Below, in pieces: positions 1 through 15,545 of a stretch of DNA of 64,000 nt (position 1 is the stretch's first letter; every line of letters begins with the position of its first letter). Under the pieces are notes generated by a model. That model searched no databases, was not told the origin of the DNA, and worked only from the letters and a program-made list of their open reading frames with translations. A program made the translations under genes and the position numbers. Location: the NCBI RefSeq assembly GCF_009914755.1, contig NC_060936.1, one strand, 5' to 3'. This DNA comes from the human T2T-CHM13v2.0 reference genome, Homo sapiens.

Positions 1-879
1 AGGAATGCAGAGTGTTCTGTTAGAGCTCAGTAGTAGCCTCAGAAGATCCAAGCCAGGAGCAAGAAGGGATCAGACCCAGTGCCTTCCTAACACTAAAAGC
101 AAGGTGGCTGGGGAAGTACTGGGCTTTCTGCAGGCACAATTAATATGAATTATGGGAGCCTCCTGAGTCCAGTCTGTGGGGGTCCCAGCTCTTCACCAAG
201 AGGCAGGGAGGCAAGGCTTCCAGATGGTGGGCCTTCTAGAACTATACTCCCTTGCATCTTTTATGTAATCTACCCACTTCTAAAAACCATTGCCCAACAC
301 AGGTGCCTGAGTCCTTTGGGACCCCCTGCTGCAAGAGATAAATGGAAAGAATTAGGTTGCAAGAGCTATTTTTGCCCATTTCCCTCTGTGTTTGCTTTTG
401 AATGGCTCTGCGGACACTCTGCCCTGGGCATGCTCTGATTCCAAAGAGATGAACTGGACCCCAGATGACCGGGGAGCCTTGCTCCACCTCTCCACTGTCG
501 GCTCCACATTTTCCCTTTGGCCGATGCTTCCTGTCCGCTGCCTGTCACAGCCCTTATCCTGGATAACCACTGGCCCTTACGCAAGTCGGCAAAATGAGAA
601 AGGCTGTAAAGGTGATTTGTTGAGCACCTGCAGTGCGCAGCTTTACACCAGGCTCAGAGGGTGGTAATAATGGCCAAGTCCTGTAGCAGTCATCGTCATC
701 TTGTGTGTTCTCTTTTTAAAAGTTTCCAAAGGGCTTTCACAAAGCCAGGGGATAGTTTCCTCACCTTTTGATGAGAAAACAGAACTTTTCTCATCCAGGA
801 AGCATCCAGAATTCAAATCCAGGCTGTAGTGACAGCTCACCCTTTTATGGGGCTCACCGTGTGCAGGGTGGCATCCTAA

Positions 880-1075
880 GTATTTTACATAGAGGTACCC
901 ACTTGATGCTTACAACCCTGTAGGGTAGACCTTATCCTCATTTTTCCAATGAGGAAACAGAGGCACTAAGAGAATTTGAGTTTCTTGCTCCAGGCCACAA
1001 AAATAAAATACCACAGGTCTGGGATTCCAGCCCAGGCCGTCTGGCCTCAGAGCCTGTGCTCTTAGCCACTGAGCC
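880..1075 (-). mobile_element. MIR SINE
   Basis: MIR core in reverse orientation (cctcatttttccaatgaggaaacagaggcac...ggattccagcccagg...ctcttagccact); ends approximate. Confidence 0.75.
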
Positions 1076-1776
1076 TCATAGCCCCTCTGATCACACAACT
1101 TTTGCCCTTAAAGAACTCCAGATGTAGTCTAGAAGCAGGACAGTAGAATTGAGTTTAGAATATTTGGCATCAATAATAAGCACCCTTTGAGGCCAGGAAG
1201 GGGAGGTATGCTAATTGCCAGGGTCACCACTGGAACTTCTCACCAGGCACCAGGGTGACCAGCTGGCCTAGTTTGCCTAAGACTGAGGAGTTTTCTGGGA
1301 TGCAGGATTTCTGATGATAAAGCAAATCTGGGCAAACCAGGATGGCTGGTCACCCTGCTGGGCATGCCCCGCCCCCCAACCCACCCACTCACGGCAGATG
1401 TCTGGTGCTCTCAGCTGGCCTAAGGACTCAAGCATTTGGAGAGGCAGTCGGGATGTGTGCTCCCAACCCGACAGCATCAGGAAAGGACCCTGCAGGCCCA
1501 AAGCCATGGACTTGGGATGTGGAACAGTGCGAAATTAGAGTGGGATGGTGGGGCCCACTTGAAAGGGCTTTGAATGGAGGACTAAAGAGCCTGGCTTGGC
1601 CTGGCAGGTGCAAGGAGCCACCCAGCAGTCCTGGGCTGCGAGAGTCTTGGGTGGTTGTGTGCATGGTAGCAGAACTCTTTTCTTGGCACCATAGCGCCGT
1701 CTTTGTCCTTCCTGTTCCCCATGGATGGTGCTTGGGACTTGCCCAAGGGATGCTGTGGGAGGAAGGGGTGGTGTGA

Positions 1777-1944
<168 letters not shown>

Positions 1945-2363
1945 TGAGTGGGAGCCCCTCAGCCCACGATGGGCCATGCAGCTAGCAAGGGGTGCCAGAG
2001 AGGACAACCAGACCCTGGAGGGCCTGCCTGCAGGGCCACCGCAGTGTGATGAGAGTGGGGTGGGGCCTCCAAAGCTGTGCATGGTGGCTTTGGGTTCTTG
2101 GTTCTGTGTCCTCAGTGGTCTGATACTTGGGGCACGTTGATCAGGTGAGAATATGTTTAATTATCTGGGTTTTGCCATGACAGGCAGGGCCAGGCTCAGC
2201 TATTAAGAAACGGTTGTCTCCAGGACCTTCCTGCCTCCTCCACCACGGCCCCAGTGCCCTAGGCTGACCTTCAGCAACCCACAGTCTGCCACTGCCGTGA
2301 CCTCCCCTGACCTGGACCCTCCTTCTCCCTTTCTCTCCCCTCTCTCTCCAGCCAAAGCACCTC

Positions 2364-2612
2364 ATGTATGAGTGTATGTGTGAATGTGTGTATATATATG
2401 TCTGTGTAAGTGTGGGGTGTATGTGTGCACGTGTGTGGATGTGTGGGGTGTGTGTATATGTGGATGTGTGTTTGTGGCTGTGTGTATGTGTGTGTATGTA
2501 TGTGTTTGTGTTTGTGTCTGCATATGTGTCTATGGACGTGAATGTATATGTGTATGTATGTGCATATGTATGTGTGAGTGCATGTATGTGTGTGACTGTG
2601 TATATTTGTGTC

Positions 2613-2648
<36 letters not shown>
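2364..2648 (+). repeat. Degenerate (TG)n/(TATG)n microsatellite, ~285 bp
   Basis: Read directly; ends in a pure (TG)n run. Confidence 0.95.
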
Positions 2649-2649
<1 letters not shown>

Positions 2650-3702
2650 TTTTTCATTTCACTGGTCTGGGGTACAGTCTGGGTGTGAGTTCTAAGAGCT
2701 TTCCAGGTGACTCCCCTGTACAGCCAAGCTTGCAGTCCTCGTTCAGGTGTGGAGGATCTGATTACCAGTTTCTACCAAGTTCTAACAGCTGATAGTGTGA
2801 ATCCTACACTTTAACTTTCAAAGCACTTCCACATACACATTCTTCTGTGGTCCTCACACACACAAAACGATGGGGGAGACGGGGCAAGTGTTATCATGAT
2901 TGTATAGATGGGAAATTTGGAGTTCAGGACATCATGACACTTGCTCAAGGTCACACCTGTGGTAGAGAAAGGCCTAAGTCCCAGCGTTCCTGGGTCTCTC
3001 CTCCCAAGAGTGTTTTCATGGTTGGCTGAGATCATGCAGGGACCAGGACCTTGGGAGAGACCCTTTTCTGTGATCATCAGTTATATTACCCCATATTTTC
3101 TGCCTGGGAGCCTACAAGTCCAGATTTGAATCCCAGCATGGCCACTCAGTCACTATTTAACCTTGAATGAGGAATTCCTCCTCTTTAGCCTGTGTTTTTC
3201 CCATCTGACCTTTAAATCCCTTCCATTGTGATTCGGTGCAAACTGACTCCCTCCCAGAGAGACTGTAGGAGAGACACAGTGATAGATAGGAATGGCCTTT
3301 GCATCTCTTGGAATAAAAGAGTCATGCACCAGAGAAATCGGATCTTTCCACCAGCCCCTTGAGCACATCATCCTGACCACACAAAGCATGAAATCAGCGC
3401 TTGCTGGCCTGTCATTCATTGTTTAGGTCCCAAGACAAGTATGAGGCTCTCCAAAAGCTTGAGAGGCTATCTCAGGTAGTTAGCCCGTGAGGGTTAGGAT
3501 GTGCTCCATAGCTGCTCACCAAGGTGGTATGGTTAATGAGCCCCACCTGGGTAGGATGGACAGCTCCAAAAACCATCCAGGCATCTTGCTTAGGGACCTG
3601 TCTCCTGCTGTCTCCATTGCACTAGGGAAAAGCCGTAGCCCGAGACTCCGAGAAGCTCTGGCTTGGCCTCAGCATCCCAGGTGTATGGAACCTGTAGTGC
3701 CA

Positions 3703-4341
3703 CGTAGGAGCCAAAGGGACTGGCCTTCTGAAGGGTCACTGAAAAATCAACTGACAAAAGAAAGGTTAATTGGAGACAAAGCATTCACATTTATTTAACG
3801 TGTATACACAGAGCCTATAGAATGCAGACCCAAAGATACAGGGGAAACTGACCATTTTTCTGCTTAGGTTCAAAAAAGTATGGACAGCCATGTAGAAATG
3901 TGATTGGACAAGAAGCGTAGGATCTAACGTGAATGGACCGAGTGGGGAACCCAGCAAGGCCTGTCTCTAGGTTCTTCTTGTGCTCTCTGTGAAGCTTTCC
4001 CTCCTTCTGGGTCGGGGCAGGATCCCGTCTGCAACAGGAGTCTGAGGATCTACACTCCCACATGGTGGATCTGGTCATTTTTTATGGCCAGTTTTTATAC
4101 AGAAAAGGAGAGGGAAATTTTGAATAATATTTTAGGTTGTGTGGCTGGCTTTGAGGAAACGGGGTTCTGGGTTCTGGTTTCTGTGACCCATCTTGGGGAA
4201 GAGGGATTCTAGTGTCTATGGCTAGCCTGAGAGGAGAAGGGGACTGAGACAGGAGGGCAAGAGAAGGTCAGAGAAAAACTTTTGCTTCTGAGACTGCTTC
4301 TAAGGCCGTCGTTTCGGGGTGTTGTTTCCTGAGCCCCAACA
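3703..4341 (-). mobile_element. ERV1 solo LTR, MER39-like (MER4 group)
   Basis: The minus strand starts TGTTGGGGCTCAGGAAAC...AGAAGCAAAAGTTTTTCTCTGACCTTCTC, resembling MER39-type LTR 5' ends. Near-TSD gcca/gcga; minus-strand AATAAA at ~3791. Subfamily from recall. Confidence 0.75.
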
Positions 4342-4574
4342 GCGAAGCCCATCCTTCCTTGGAGTCCTGAGTGTGCTCTGGGTGGGTTTTATGTTTAGGT
4401 GTCAGGGGCAATATGTGTTTGGAGATAAACACTAAGAAATCTCCTCCCCATGACATCACCTCCAGCCACAAGGCCCGAGATCCCACCGTTAGTACGGCAT
4501 TCCTTTAAGTGTAGTAACGTCTTCAGCAGGCCTCATGAGCAGGTACCATTCAGGCAGTTTCTCAAGCACATGGC

Positions 4575-4750
4575 TGGGTGATTTACATAGAATTCTTATT
4601 TAACCCTTGCAAAGACCTTCTGAGCTGATTACAGACCCATTTTACAGATAAAGAAACTAGAGCTCAGAAAATTTAGGAAATTTGTCCTCAGTGCCTTGGC
4701 TAGCAAGTGCCTGCACTGGGGTCTGAATTCCCATGGCCTTGCTCTGAATT
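4575..4750 (-). mobile_element. MIR SINE
   Basis: Core cccattttacagataaagaaactagagctcagaaa; ends approximate. Confidence 0.7.
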
Positions 4751-4785
4751 TCTTTCTGTGACACTGTGAATGCCCCTGTGAGTAG

Positions 4786-5151
<366 letters not shown>

Positions 5152-5520
5152 TGAGGGCTTGGGTAGGGAGTCTCCAGCCAGCCCATTGGGGAGTGGGAGC
5201 TCCACAGAGGTGAGGGGTGGGTTGGAAGGAGATGATGGTCAGACCAAGTGGCTGCCATGTGGGGTCCCGGACACTGGTCCCACTGCATGTCCCGGTTCCG
5301 TAATGAACAGAATAGTAACAGAGGCAGCCATCCCAAGTGTCTGCCCTAAGCAGAATGTGCCAAAGGGAGATCCCACACAAACCCTGTGCCCCTGTGGTGC
5401 CACCATCCCTATATTCCTTCCACTGTAAGATGGGAGGTTGGCAGGACTTTTGTCCTTGTAGTCACGGAGAGTCCAGTGGGGGCCTTTGCATCCCATTAGG
5501 GTCCATCACTTCCCATGTGA

Positions 5521-5838
<318 letters not shown>

Positions 5839-6239
5839 TAGTACAAACGAGACAGTGTCCTGAGCCAGACTTGGCTTGGATATAACCTCCACCTGCAGCC
5901 CGACTCAACCTTCAGACCAGGGTAGGGAGGCGCTAGAAGGAGGCATCGGGCCACCAGGCCAGAGGCCCCTCACCCTCTCCACTTCACCTGCCCTTGAGGT
6001 CACTGCCCTTCCTTCTAGAAAGAGAGAGAGAGGGACTTTCATCCTGTGGAACCTCTGTGTCAGTCAGTTGCTTAAAGCCTGCAGCGGTGACCTATTATCA
6101 ACAGCATCACGTCCCCACTGCACCACCCAGCTTTCAGAGCCCTGCACCTGTCAAAGTCAGCTCCTGCTGCTTCCTGCAGCACCCCTCGTGTCCTCCTTGG
6201 ATTCTGGTCTTTTTTGCCCTCACCCTTTTAGTTCTGCTA

Positions 6240-6545
6240 TTCTCCCACCTAGAGCATTCGCCCCCGCTCCCCTCCACTGTGTAAACGCCCATCTAATTCA
6301 TCCCTCTGAGCCCAGCTCCACTTCTCCCTCCCTGGCGAGACCTCCCCGGAGAGTACAGCTCCCATGGACCCGAGCTCCTGTTTTTGCATTGCAGTGCTAC
6401 TTGCAGCACTGGCGTCTGTATTCGCCACCGTTCTGTGCGTGTGAGTCAGGTCCTGCCCATCTGGATTCTGCACTTTTTATCCCACTGTCCCTAGCACAGT
6501 GCTGGGCTATGGAGATGCTCACTAATTGCTTTTGGATTGACTCAT
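6240..6545 (+). mobile_element. L2 LINE 3' fragment
   Basis: ccctagcacagtgctgggc...tgctcactaattgcttttggattga resembles the L2 3' terminus. Confidence 0.6.
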
Positions 6546-6587
6546 TGATTACTGAACATCTCTGATACTCTGTTCTCTGCCTTCCAG

Positions 6588-6640
6588 GGAAAGCTGTACA
6601 CCTGTTCAGACAGTTCCAAGCAGACAGAGGCGGAATGCAA
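6588..6640 (+). CDS. CACNA1C: CACNA1C exon 26 (53 nt): GKLYTCSDSSKQTEAEC(K), repeat III extracellular loop
   Basis: Acceptor ttccag|GGA, donor CAA|gtgagt; phase 0/2. Confidence 0.96.
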
Positions 6641-6913
6641 GTGAGTAGAGGTGGGAGGGCAGCCAGGGCCACGGCCGGTCAGCCCCAGGAGGCTGGAGGC
6701 TTGACCAGAAAGGAGGGACAGCTCATTTTCTAAGACTGCAGTGGCACCTGCGCTCTGCCTGTGTGTCATCTGGCCTCACGGACACAATGTGTAGCATTTT
6801 TTGTTCCTGAAGTTTCTGCCCACTGAAGCTCCTCCCATGGCTAGAACGGTGAAGTTCAAGCCAGGCAGTCCCATCCCACCCAGCATTCAAGGTCACTGGC
6901 AGGCCAGGCGTGA

Positions 6914-7108
<195 letters not shown>

Positions 7109-8204
7109 TGAGTATGCAAAGCAAGGCCCCACGAGCCCTGACATTCAAGGGCCAGTACTGACTTTCCAGCCCATCCCCAAGTTTTGTTAATGTCCCGCAC
7201 TCCCTCTGGAGGTCATATTTACCTGGGTCCTCCCCAGGCAGTGAGGTGTATTTCTAGAACTTACAGTCCACTGTCACTGCTGAAACCGACTCTTCTTTCT
7301 CTAGAAGGTGTCAAGAAACTCCCACCAAAAGTGACCTTTTTTTAGCCCTCTTTCCAACCTCAGCATGAGCCACGATGTCAGAGATCTCTGTCATTACCCT
7401 TATGGCATCTGGGAGTTGGGTGTGGGGAGAGCTTCTCCAGGTGTGGGCCCTGTGGTCACCATAGGATTCAAGATTGCCACTCCCAGCATGCCCTTCATTG
7501 GGTAAAGATGGCTGAGATGTCTTTGTTTTATTTGACTGGATCCCGGTCTCCTTAGAAAAAGCCTTGCCTGTATTTACAGTGGAAAGTAGGAAAGGGATGG
7601 AAGCCCGGGCCCCACTTCCTCTGCAGAGGCAATGCGTTTGTGCGTAGAGCAGCCCGTGGGCCTTGCACGCTGCATCACCTCTACCAGGCAGCTTCCCATC
7701 AGATCCTTATATCTTTGTATAGATACCTGCTTTTCCCCCAATATGTATTCCAGTGAAATTAGAATCTGAAAGTCAGAAAATTCTAAATGTTTCTAAGTCA
7801 ACAGCAATGCATGGATCTTAGGTAAGAGTCACATTATTATGTGGTAAGATATAGGTGATAGCTGGAGAATAACCAAGTGCTGTGCAGGGCTACAGAGGAA
7901 GGGGAAGAGATAATCCCTGTCCATGAAAAATAACAAGCTTCATGGGGCACACAGCCCAGGCTCAAATGAATGGCATATGTATGTAAACTGCTTATGTCTA
8001 AAACCAGGCCATTGGTGATGATCGGAGTAGCATGGGTCATGTGAGTGTTTTTATCTAAGTGGATATTTGCTCTCGGAGAGATTTATTTTACATTCCTTCT
8101 AACATTCTCTGAGCTCATGCCAGTTTGCAAAGCTGTCTCAATATTTACCAATATTTCCAGTGTTTTAAATCAATGTCCATGACTCATGTTACATTTAAAT
8201 AGCT

Positions 8205-8698
<494 letters not shown>

Positions 8699-9784
8699 TA
8701 GGAAGGAGCGGAGGGAAGCGGGGCCCACGGAGGGAATGGCAGCCTGCGGCCCACCCCGCAGAGGGGCTGCGACAGGGAGAGGCCGTGCAGATACTGAGAT
8801 CGTCTCTCTATTCCTCAACCAGAGTGGGCTGTCAGTCTTTTTGAGGGACCTGTGCAAAAGAAATGCAAATTCCTGCAAACCCCAGATCTGGCAAATGTAC
8901 TCAGCCAACAAATATCTATGAAGCTTCTACTTAAGGATACTCTATGATAGGTTTTGTCAAATCTCATGCCCTATATAGAAGTTAACAAGTTAGAGGGACC
9001 CAAGTGGGTCGGCACCATGATACGGAGGAGAGAAACTAGAACTGTGAGGGAGTGAGGGCTTTTGGGGTGGGGAACAGAACGGCTTCAGGAAACCACTCTT
9101 ACATGGTTTCTTAAGTAAAACCCAGAGGCTTGTGTGGGAGGTGGGGGCAGGAAAGAGGCTTAAGTGGGAGTGAGATGGTGATGCCAAGTATCGTGACAGG
9201 TTCTGTTAGCCGTGAAGAGCTGGCAGTGCCGTGGCTGAGTCAGGAAGCTGTCGTGGTGGGAGGTAGATGTAGTGCCTCAGGTCTGTTCCCTAGCTCGGCT
9301 CCCACTGGGAGGAGTCCGTGGGGAAACACATCCCTGTCTGTGAATAAGGAGTGCCCACGGGCAGGAGCGCAGTGTGGTGTGCTCCTTGTGACCCTCGCCA
9401 GGCCAGCCAGTCCCCTGTGGGTTTTCAAGTCTACATCTCAGGCATAGACTCACTCTGCTGGCTGCTGTGTGGACCCTGGATTGAAAGAAGACAGGAAAGA
9501 GAGGAGGCCAGTTAGAAAGTGGAAATGAGAGAGGATTAGACCCCGATCTAGTATCCGGTTAATGATGGTAGCGATGGAAAGAATAGGAGGAGGTAAAAGC
9601 GTTAAGACTCAGGCGTTGGACACCGGGGCTGAGGGTTTGAGAAGAAGCTGGGGACATTCCCCAGTTCCTGATCTGGAAGCCTGGGCAAAGTACAGAGAAA
9701 TGGACTGGCTCTTTGCCAGAGTCCCAAGAATCTAGTTAGCCCAGAATCTCCTTCCCTCTCAGTGAACTGTGTTTTTCCATCTTA

Positions 9785-10166
<382 letters not shown>

Positions 10167-10484
10167 TCAGTCGGTCAGGAAGCACATTCTTAGCGATGCC
10201 GACTCCCTGCCGAGGCACATGCCAGGCATCACCAGGGTGAGGAAAGGAGGTGTATGGTCCCTGCCTAGGACCTTGTTACGGGGATTTGACAAGAAGGGGC
10301 TCTCTCCTTGATTAAGGGGGCCATGGAAAAATCAAGACATTTTCCAAATAACACCTCCCACCTGTAAGTGAGCCGGAGCGGCCAATGATTTCTCAGACTT
10401 CCGGAGAACCCCACCCCACAGTGTGTGGTCTCATCACATCCCACACTTCTCTGCCAGCTCCCCCCACACCCTCCAGTTAACTAA

Positions 10485-11540
<1,056 letters not shown>

Positions 11541-11729
11541 GTAAGGTGTGGCGTGTGGAGGGAGGTGGGTTCTGCATCCACCTGTCTTCAGGGACAGAGC
11601 TTGTTCCCAAGCTCTCTTGAGTGCCAGAGTCTCCATAAAGTTGTCACGGCCAACCAGGGAAATGAACACAGATGTGTTCAGAGATGGCAGAGCAGGGAAG
11701 ATCTTGGAGGTTCTCCTGAGTCCTCCTGA

Positions 11730-11999
<270 letters not shown>

Positions 12000-13169
12000 T
12001 GAGAAAGACCTTTGATTCCCAGGCATCAGGGGTGGACAGAACGGGGAGGTGGGGTGCAGGTATTGAAGGCAGAATGAGGGGAAGAGGGAAAAAGGCATCG
12101 GTGAAGGACCATCCCTGCTCCGATGGTCAGTGCCCCAACTCCTACACCTGCCCAGAGCTGAACCAGGCCAACTCCAGGAAACACTCTCAGCTCTCAGTGT
12201 TGACCCTGGCTGGCATGCACAAGCTGCAGATTCCTCGCTGAGCTGAACCTCTGAGCCTCTCCTAGGAGAGGCAGGTGATGGTCTTTCTCCTATGTCCCAT
12301 CCTCTAGTACATAACCTGTTAATAGAAGAAACTATGCTCATAGACTGGCAGACCAAACCTCTCCAGGCCCAGCCCCCCAGATCCACTCAGGCCTCTGTTC
12401 CACCCTCCTCCCATTTCATCAGCCACACAGACCAACCTCATATAAAACATTCAGCCAGGGCTGGATTTGCTCAGGGCTCAGGACTGAGGGCTCCAGCCCA
12501 TGGGCACTCCTGTTCCCTGCCTAAGAGGCTATGGCATTGCTCCTTACATGCTCTGGGGCAGGAAGAACAATTACCAGCAAATTTCTCTGCTTTGTTCCTT
12601 GTGTAAGGGCAAGAAGATTAGGCCTGCTGCTGAATGAGGCAGGGTCAGAATTCCTGTTCTTTGGATCATCTGTGCCCTTCCTAGCCAGTCACCCCCATTG
12701 TCCTCAGTGGTGGAGGAGCAGACACTGGTATGAGCCACACCTTCCACCCTGGGCCTCTGTAGATGGGTCAGAATCACGGGTATCCACTGGCCGGGATTCA
12801 CCACCAGGACAGCTGCTTCTGAGGGAGGCTATAAGAGCAACTGAGCAGCCCCCAGGCTACCATAACACCTTTTGGAGAAGGATGAGAAGGAACGAGTTCT
12901 AGGAGCATCATGCAGTTACAGACTTGAGACAATCTCTCCAGCTTACTGAGCCTTCCCCTCCCTCCTTTGGTAGTTTTCCCAGAGGCAACACAGATCAACA
13001 GGAGGCCAAGAGCAAGAATCCCTGGCCATATCTTCTATTTTCATTCAAGTTTTTACTGGTCTCAAGATTAATTGGGGGTGGGGGAGGGTCCAGCTCGGCC
13101 TTTGAATCCATGTTCATTGAGGAGATATCCACAGCCTTCTTTGAATGAATATTCACTCACACTTTGGAT

Positions 13170-13355
13170 TCCATATCATGTGCTACATGTATATCATCGC
13201 ACGTCATTCTCAAAACGTCCCTTTAAAGTAGGTATTAGCATCCCTCTGTGGAGAAGGGGGAAGGGAGGCTCAAACAATTAAGTGCCCAGGATTAATTGAT
13301 CCACTGCTAAGAACTGGCAGAACGGAGACTGGAATCCGGCACCTCTGACTTCACT
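13170..13355 (-). mobile_element. MIR SINE (diverged)
   Basis: Matches at gtaggtattagcatccc...gggaggctcaaacaattaagtgcccagg...ggaatccggcacctctgact. Confidence 0.6.
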
Positions 13356-15299
13356 GTATTTTCCACCACACTGAGGTTAACTATCATTTTCCCATGTCAA
13401 GTGTTCTGCGGGTATTTTTTAGCAAGAGGGAAACAACCTTGGAGGGACTTAAAAGATAAGACAATATTCCTACAATGCAGATTCTTCTGTCACTCAAAGA
13501 ATGCCTGGGGATCCCAGCTGATTTTCATAGAGGAAGTCTCCTAAGGGACATCCTTTGGTGATAGAACGGTGGTTTCCTGCCTTCTCCAGAGAAGCAAGTA
13601 CACTCTTTTTCACCTTCCTGTACAAGTCCCATTTAGGAGGACAGATCTTGTCCTGACCTAGAGAGGACCCCTGGGTTGCCCTGACACCTTCCTTAGGGTA
13701 CACGGTGTCTGTGCCCACACATGGTCCTATTCCAAGCCCTGCAGCCCAGGAGCTCTGACAGTTCGCCACCCACAGCAGCATGACCAGCTGAGGCCAGGAG
13801 TGCAGTCACTGCCTAGCCGAGCCTCAGTCTCGGATGACTCCTCTCAGTGGGGAAACTGGCATCATTTTCATACAGTGTCACGAGACATATGGTTTAAATA
13901 TTTCAAAGCCTTGAGTCATTCCACAGTTGACTCAGATGTGTTTCTGACGATGTCTGAGGCAGTCTGGAGAGCCTGCAGTGGACTTTCTGAATCATGCCTC
14001 CTGAGCACGGGAGACATACAGACAACCTTCCCTGGGAAGTGCATGAAATTGACACCTGCAGGAGCCTCCGTCCTCCATCTAAAAGACACTCCACCTAAAT
14101 CCTGCCAATCAAGGAACAAGCCAGTTTCCTAGGAAGTAACCATTGCGAGTGGTCTAAACTGTAAAGTGCCTCCTAATTTCCTCTGTCCCTGGTTTTCTAT
14201 TGTGAGAAGATGGGGCAAGATAACAGAGACTTTTACCCAAGAAGGAAGACAGCCATCCTGGGCCCATTTGCATTTCACATTCCAGGGTACATCTATGGTG
14301 TAAAGAGAAAGGAAAATGGATCTTTCCCTGTGAATTTCCCTAAAGGGGCTCTGGCAAGAGGGGGATAAAGGTCACCACCCAGTTAGGAGCATCATGGAGC
14401 ACAGCTGAGTCCCTGGATTCTTACTGAGCTATGTTCTTCATTCACAAATAGACTCCAGGTAAAGCAGCTCCAAAATTTTCAGGCAGAAAACCAAACTGGA
14501 AAAACTTGAAGCTCTGGAAGAATATCCAGCTGGATCTGGCCCAAGAACCAGTGGCTTCTAACCATGACCTGAATCCATGACAACTTTCATTTCCCACCAT
14601 TAAGTAGGACTCTGTGCTGCACTTTTTATTTCACTGGCATGGTTGTTTGTGTATGACCCAGATGAGCATCAGCATTTGCTGTGAAAGGATGGCTAGGAAC
14701 CAAGGATGTTGAAGACAGTCTGAAGTTGTCACTGCTTATGTTTCGTCTCTGCAACTGGCTGGTTGGTTGGTCCATCAGCCGGTCAACTTGTATTCTTGCT
14801 TCATTCTTTCATTGTTTTCATGGTCATGGATGGTCCCAATTTCTTCATTTCTGTGTGTTCTCCTCACCACTCCATGGAAAATAAATTTACTCAAGTAAGT
14901 CCCTGCCTTAAATCTAACCATCCCACTCCTTAAATTCATACTCTGTTCAAAAAAAAAAAAAAAATCACACAAAGAAACTAGGAATCAACATAAACCAGTT
15001 TAGATTGAGTCGGTCCCTGACAAAGCCTCAGGAACCTGCAGGCATGGTTTGAAGAGAGTGAGGTGGATCATGCCAGCATTGATTTGAACAGTGAACAGTG
15101 ACCCAGAAGGATCTCCTTCCCTAGAAGTGAGAGGCCATGACCTGGAGATAACTGGATGGCCCCTGCACCCCACACGAAGGTGCAGGACCAGGCTGGGCAG
15201 CACGAAAAGTGCTGGCTGGAATATTCTGAAGGTAATTAAATAACTGGATAGTCCTATCATGAACTGAAGCTTGTCAGCAAAGACAGGAAAATAAATTTT

Positions 15300-15545
15300 G
15301 AAGATACTCTTATAGATTTGATAAACTGAAAAATATGCAATGCCTGGGGAAAAAGTCTAACAGAAATGGCTAAGATCTCTACAGAGAAAATGATAAAATT
15401 GAAAGGAATTCAAGAAAAGCTGATAACTGAAGACATCTATCATGTTCCTGAATTGGAAAGCTCAATATTATTAGGATATCATTTCTCCTCAAACTGATCC
15501 ATAGGCTCAATACCATTCCAGTTAAAACTCCCAATTGCACTTTGC
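15300..15545 (+). mobile_element. Old L1 (L1M) ORF2 fragment
   Basis: A-rich; catgttcctgaattggaaagctcaatattattaggatatcatttctcctcaaactgatccatagg corresponds to the decayed L1 ORF2 motif CSWIGRLNIVKMSILPKLIY. Confidence 0.75.

Noticed and set aside
2271-2695. His/Thr- and Cys/Val-rich ORFs
   Set aside because: These are translations of the TG microsatellite; the same applies at 35548-35871.
5876-6565. 229-aa ORF in intron 25
   Set aside because: Runs through an L2 fragment and has no domain.
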